The notes under the pieces are model-generated. The model was given only the letters and a program-made list of their open reading frames with translations, was not told where the DNA came from and did not search any database. A program made the translations under genes and the position numbers. DNA of 64,000 nt from Selaginella moellendorffii (Eukaryota; Plantae; Lycopodiophyta): contig NW_003314286.1 of the NCBI RefSeq assembly GCF_000143415.4, positions 1,735,718 through 1,799,717 of the forward strand. Direction: 5' to 3'. This document shows, in pieces, positions 58,360 through 64,000 of the stretch (its first letter is position 1; every line of letters starts with the position of its first letter).

Positions 58360-61011
58360 CTAGCCAAATCTAATACTTCTGCTCAGGTTTGTCCGGATGC
58401 CGGTAGGCTCTCCACCGTAAGGGCCTTTTTCCTCTCTAATTGCACGCACTTGACCCTTTCGCCTGGTCACTGCTTTCCCATGCTTCATCTGAGGAGAGAA
58501 GAAAAGAGTTGTAAAACATAAAACACAATTAAGTTCTTCTACCTTGTACTTCTTCCGAGGGTTCTTCGACAGTTTCTTACGATATGGAGTTAGCCCTCGG
58601 TTTTTCACCATCTGTATATTATCTTCAGTACACACGGACAAACAGACAGCACGTCATTTACCTCTTCGGTGATAAGCCGTTTACCGGTGTAAGTTTCCTC
58701 TTCCGCCTTGACAACCGGGTTCCTGCGCGTGCACGAATTAGAATCCATGAATCTAACCCCAAACTTACTTTGAAACTTCGGCTGCCTTTGCGGCTTTCTT
58801 GGCAAGTTTGCGCTCCTTCGTTTCTTTATAGAACTCATCTTCGAACTGCTTATGGTCTTCCTCATTTTGTCCATCTTCAGGAGGTTCACTTCGATTCAAG
58901 ATGTGCTGTTCTCGCTTTCGCCTCCTTTCCCCAAGATCTTCTTTCACAGGTAAGTCGACATCACCCGAATTTATCTGAAAAAACAAGTAAAAACACAGTA
59001 AAGCGTGAAGGTAAGCTTACTTTTGGTTTCTTTTGACGTTTTCCAGCTTCAGCAATGACTTGTAGCATTTTCTTTGGCTGCAAATCGGCATTCGTACCAT
59101 AATCATCTCCCAAGTCATCGAGCAAGCCCCCGTGCCTGCCAGCATTTTATTTATCCAATACTCCCTTGTATTCTTTGAATCATTTACCGTTTCTTCGACT
59201 CCTTTGACTTTGAGTCTGGTATTCGGGCAGGCTCAAGAAGACTGTCCCGTTTGGCCTTCTCTTCCAGCCTTTTCATTTCCCTGAGCATGCTTTTACTTTC
59301 CTCTCCGATCAGCTGACCTGACTGCACCCGTATGTTAGCTAGTTCATGCTTTATATCAAAACTAGTTGTCCAAACCTTATCTGAAGCAGAGGTGCTAGTA
59401 ACTGGGTGCTGCTGCTCCGAAATTGGAATCTCGCCAATAGGAATACTATTTAAGTCCTGCATAGCAATCACAGTTTCCTAGTGAGAACAAAAGAACACAA
59501 TCCATACCTTCTCAATATGCTTGGGGGCATTTAACAGATCCGGATCTATTGACACGAACCTGTCAACTTGTGGTTGTAGTTTCTTGTCTAAAGAGCGTAC
59601 CTGCAGGTTGCCAAGATAAAAAAACTCAGAAGGAAATTAAGTTCGCAATATACCTTCTCAAGCAGCATACGTATCTCCACAAGCCTTGCAATGACTGGAT
59701 GGTCACATACAGATCGACCTTCAGCCTTTAGGAGAAGATAGAAAACGATTGATTGACAGTAGCTTAATAGAACCATGTGCTTGAGCTCCGCGTAAGACTT
59801 CAGCTCCTTCGCAACTTTCCCGATTTCAATCTGTTAACAGTGGATTAGAAACAGTTAAAATGTTGCTTTACAACCTTCTTCAGAAGAGGTTGTACTTTCT
59901 GCTCTAGTTCATGCAACGCTTCCTTCAATTCTGTTTGCAAACCAACCAACTCTGGGGCGTTGCTGCAACATGTAACCAAAATAAAATTTTCCATTACAAC
60001 AGTAGATGCTTACCTCATCACTACTCGCAATTTCTCGTCCTTAGACAAGGAATTGAGGTCTTTTCTCACCTTCTCCATCTCAATCGGCACACTGTGTTCA
60101 ACGCTTTCCTGTACGGTTTAAGCATGTGAAATGGAACAAAAACGAAAAAAAATAAAAATGTAGCTTCACCTCTAATGTGTCAGCTTCTCCGTCCAGGTTT
60201 TCTTCAATATCCTGGTCAAAATCCTCCGGGCGAAGACTTTCAGCCAACTTTTTCTGTATTCGTCGGGCTTCTGCTTCCTCCAATGCAGGACCTTCTTCGT
60301 CGCTAGATTGGATCTACAAGGAGGCGAGTTTTTACAACATATGATACTGGAGAACCACGAATACTTACTTCGTAGTCAATGTTATCAGCTGCATAATAAT
60401 CCCTTTTTCTTTTCCCCCAGTCAAGTTTCTCTTTGTCGGCATCTTCCTCCTCTGACTCTTCATCGTCTTCATCGTGTAGAATGCCGGTCCTTTGCCTCAG
60501 GAACTTCGCTTGCCTCTCAACTACAAACATAAAAAGGTCTCAGTGAGAAGAAAGGAGAAAAAACCTTGGCAACAAGCATTACTTTTTGCAGCCATGTCGT
60601 CGATCTCCTCTTCTGGAAGATCTTCATCGCTTTCCTCCTGCACAAAGATAAAAATTCATGTCACGAACGCAATACATCATACTTACTTCGTCCCCATCGT
60701 CTTCGCTTTCATTTTCTTCTAGATCCAAGACCGGATTCTCCAACTCTTCCTCCTCCGAGTCTGTTAGTAAAAGCTCAGACAAACTACGTCTGTAACAAGA
60801 ACGACTCACCTGTTTCCTCCAGTGGTATTTTATCCCGATTGCTGTGAACTGAGGAGAAAAACTATGAAGGAAGAGAAAGGAAAGAAATGGAAAGCATACA
60901 CTTATCAATCTCATCGTCCATGCTCTCGTCGGAAGCATCTCGCACAACATTTTTTGGCTTAGTTTTCTCCTTGATCAAAGCCTTCGACCTAGATTTCTTC
61001 AATCTTCCCAT
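58360..61011 (-). CDS. SAS10: Sas10/Utp3 (SSU processome) protein, multi-exon
   Basis: Starts [10 protein letters not shown], with acidic tracts, [12 protein letters not shown], and the Sas10/Utp3/C1D domain [40 protein letters not shown]-terminal [35 protein letters not shown]. Confidence 0.92.
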
Positions 61012-63338
61012 CTCGGCCGCGTTTCCGCTGGGCGCTGCTCGCGATTCTAGAACTCCTTGCATCAGCGGCTCCTAAACACCTCACATTTCTCACCTGCGAT
61101 CGCGTAGCGCCTGCGCGTACCACACGCAAAAACCCTAAACCCCGCCTTAAGTAATGATAAATCAAGCAAGCAGTGATCACTGATAGTCAGCAACACACAA
61201 ACAAGCATGGAAGACAAAAAGGAGAAAGATCGCGCTTTCGTGCTTCCAGCGGACACAACACACAGAAACATGCGAGTCGGATTGAAGTGCTGGATTGCTG
61301 GCCAGCATCCGAGCACAAACAAAGATTTTTTGCTCCTCCGCAACAACACATTGTCTCAGTGTTCTTCTCTTTGCAGGTCTTTGCTTGCGGTACAAGGAAC
61401 CGGCTTGAAGAGGAGGTTTTGTCTTGTTGGAGAGGAAAAGTACACACAACTAAACCACGTCCAGAGCAAAGCTCTCCAACCCAGCGCGCAGCGAATTCCA
61501 CCAAAGTTGCCGAACGACAGCAAAGGAGGATAAGGACACCCCCTCTTTTAAGTGTCGGACACACCAATTGCCACTCATTGGAATCAAGCCGCCATGCTTT
61601 TCAGCAGCGCCACGAAAACGACCATCCACTTAATCTCATCTCGCCACTTTTGTGGCATTTGATCTCAGTGCTAGTTCTATACATTGACATAAATTTCTTT
61701 TCCTGGAGGGAAGCTCTTTCATCCCAACAGCAGCAAAGGCGGGCGAGAAAGAGGAGGTAAGTCCATTCCTTTCCACTTCACTCGCCACTCCACTCCATTC
61801 CCACGCCACTCCATCCCGGACGGCGACTTGCGACTAACTTCTTGTTATAAATTCTATCTTGTTGTCTTGCTGTGGTACGAGAGAGAAAATATTCCAATGG
61901 CAGCAGGGACCTGATCATAGGCAATGATATATGTTGGCTTCATATCATCGTCACCGGTCACTCAATCATGCAATCAATCAATCAATCAATCGGCTGGTCC
62001 CCAGTTCGCTTCTCTCTCTCTCTCTCTCTCTCTCTTCCTGCCATCTCACAATACTTGCGTAGAAAAAAAAGTGTGGAAAAATACGTTTCCAACTGGAAGA
62101 ATGGATGCATTTATCAATCTGCCTGGGGTAACAAGCTTTTTCCTGCGTTTGGCCCCATACACCCTCGTGGTCTCGATGGACTAGGCACGCTACATTCCAC
62201 CGATCTATCCGTGTCATACCAAAAGCAATTTGCTCTTGCAGGACAGCTTCTCTTTGAATGCCTTCCATGCCAACTATAGCTACACTGACTCAAGCCCGCT
62301 CATCATAGATTTTTCTCTCTTTTCTTCTTTTCTTTCGGTGGCAACTACAGGGGCGTGACTTTAATCCCCCGGGAAAGTCAGCCCTTTCAAACCATTCGAA
62401 AAGAATATTAAATCTCAATCAAAAATCTCACACAACCACCATGGTCCCCAAGTTTTTCCCAGCTAAGTACTTCCGAGACGAACGAAAATGACCAGCTTCG
62501 CTGCCAGATGATTGGCCCGGGATTTGGAATCGAATCCACCGACTCCAAAGAAGACGAACACGAAGAACACAAAGAGACGACGCGTGATAAAAGCCATTTT
62601 AACTCCATCTTCGAAATGAATGCCACAAACACAAAACATACACTCACGAAACGAAAAAGAAAAAAAGGAAGAAAGCAACAAAGAAACGAAGAAGGTCGCT
62701 TCTCCATAACTCCAGCTTGGATTTTCCAGCATTTCTTCTCACTAGTGTACAGTCGAGCAACCTTATATGATTGGTGTAACGTTGCAATATAGGCATGGCC
62801 TAAAGGCAATGTTAGATATGGCCGTGGGTCCGAGAAACGGTACGTTGCTCCCCACGCGAATCATCCTCCGCGCCCAAGCCTGGATATGGATTGAAATGGA
62901 TGGGCAAGCAGTGATCCAACTTCCACTTTTCCTTTTGCTCTTCAAGAACGAAGCCAAGCGGCTGAAACGCTATTCGTGATGGGCACGGATACGGTAGTTT
63001 TCACGTTTTGCGGCTCGATCTTCTTCTTAAGCTAACAAAGAGAAGGCCAACCGGAAAAAAGTGGAACTGATAGAATCTAGAGACGACACACACACGTTCA
63101 GAAAGAAGGATCAACTTGTTCCATAAAGTATAAAGCAAAGGTGGCAGGGCAACGCAAGATTGCATGAATCTTTTCTCCTTTGCAAGGGTAAGTGGTACCG
63201 CCACCTTTTCCTTTAACGAATATACTAAGAGTTTTCCTGTATTTGTGTATGTGTGAGTTTGTGGGGGTGCTGCTGCTCCTGCTGCGACCAGATCCTGATT
63301 TGATAATATATCCCAGATTCCACCACCACCTTGGAACC

Positions 63339-63617
63339 ATGCAAAAGGCACCCCACGAAAAAAGCAAACTTGCAGAATCTTCCAATCAACCCAACTCAGA
63401 TGTCCCTCTGCTGCAAAATGCGAAAAAAGCAAAAGAAGCTGCCAGCCAAGAGGGGTGGCAACTTCTGCAAGAATCAAAAAAACCGCAAGCCATTGCAACA
63501 CAAGGTGACAAAAGGGCACAAACTCGTACCTTGGGTGTCAACTTGTCCAATTGTTGCTGCCTGCCCCTTGGCATTCCGAGAGCCAAAATCATGAGATCAT
63601 CGTCACACTATACATGA
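63339..63617 (+). CDS. Possible small hydrophilic protein with a C-terminal CCC motif
   Basis: MQKAPHEK..LSNCCCLPLG.. lies downstream of strong + strand donors (G|GTAAGT at ~61757 and ~63188) and upstream of a GT-rich 3'-UTR-like tract. No homology recognised. Confidence 0.25.
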   Translation: MQKAPHEKSKLAESSNQPNSDVPLLQNAKKAKEAASQEGWQLLQESKKPQAIATQGDKRAQTRTLGVNLSNCCCLPLGIPRAKIMRSSSHYT

Positions 63618-64000
63618 TCATCTTGCAAAATTTTCCATCAAGCGTGTTTTCTTATGAGCTAATTTCCGTGTATCAAAGGTTTGTACACCACCTATACCAG
63701 AAAAGAGCACTTCACAAGTAACGAAGAAGAACTGGTCTGGCGAGGAATGATTTGGGAGCAGCAAGAAATCATGCTGGTATGTGTAGAATCGCCTCATTTC
63801 ACTAGTATTCATTGTTTACATTTTTTTTATTCTGCTTCTGCTGCTGCTGCTCCAGCAGTAAATCAGTTCTTTGCAGAAGCAACGATCGAACATCTCCCAT
63901 CTTAACGCAACCATAAAGAGAAACGAGAAAATATCACGTCGTTTTTCTCGTTTGCCGTGTGCGTTTTGTATTTCTCTGTGTGTTGTGTTGTGTTGTCAAC

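Overview
Eukaryotic, intron-containing land-plant DNA. The compact genes, ~50-60 nt introns, many PLS-type PPR relics and nepenthesin-like protease relics suggest a lycophyte such as Selaginella; this is inference only. The left flank holds an Agenet-domain gene running off the edge and a B-class GATA factor with a HAN motif and a degenerate LLM-like tail. The centre (~10-46 kb) is a nested retrotransposon island. It contains a non-autonomous LARD-like element B (18671-35149, TSD CTTTG), which holds a Galadriel-like chromovirus A (20491-28312, TSD CATTG) and a solo LTR of family B (TSD GGTAT). It also contains two AT-eroded relatives of A, a decayed copia-like element C with a MITE inside it, and 5S-rRNA-bearing Cassandra-type TRIM copies. 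The right flank holds aspartic protease, PPR and CTD-phosphatase pseudogenes, a metallothionein, RsmE, a small TM/coiled-coil gene and Sas10/Utp3. The main finding is that chromovirus A appears to carry short GT-AG spliceosomal introns inside its integrase, whose removal restores HPQTDGQTER and KLxxxKFxGPY. A probable third intron lies at the gag/pol junction. Element B also shares its PBS variant, one LTR terminus, PPT and tRNA T-arm-like hairpins with A. The Cassandra TRIM shares the termini and PBS variant.
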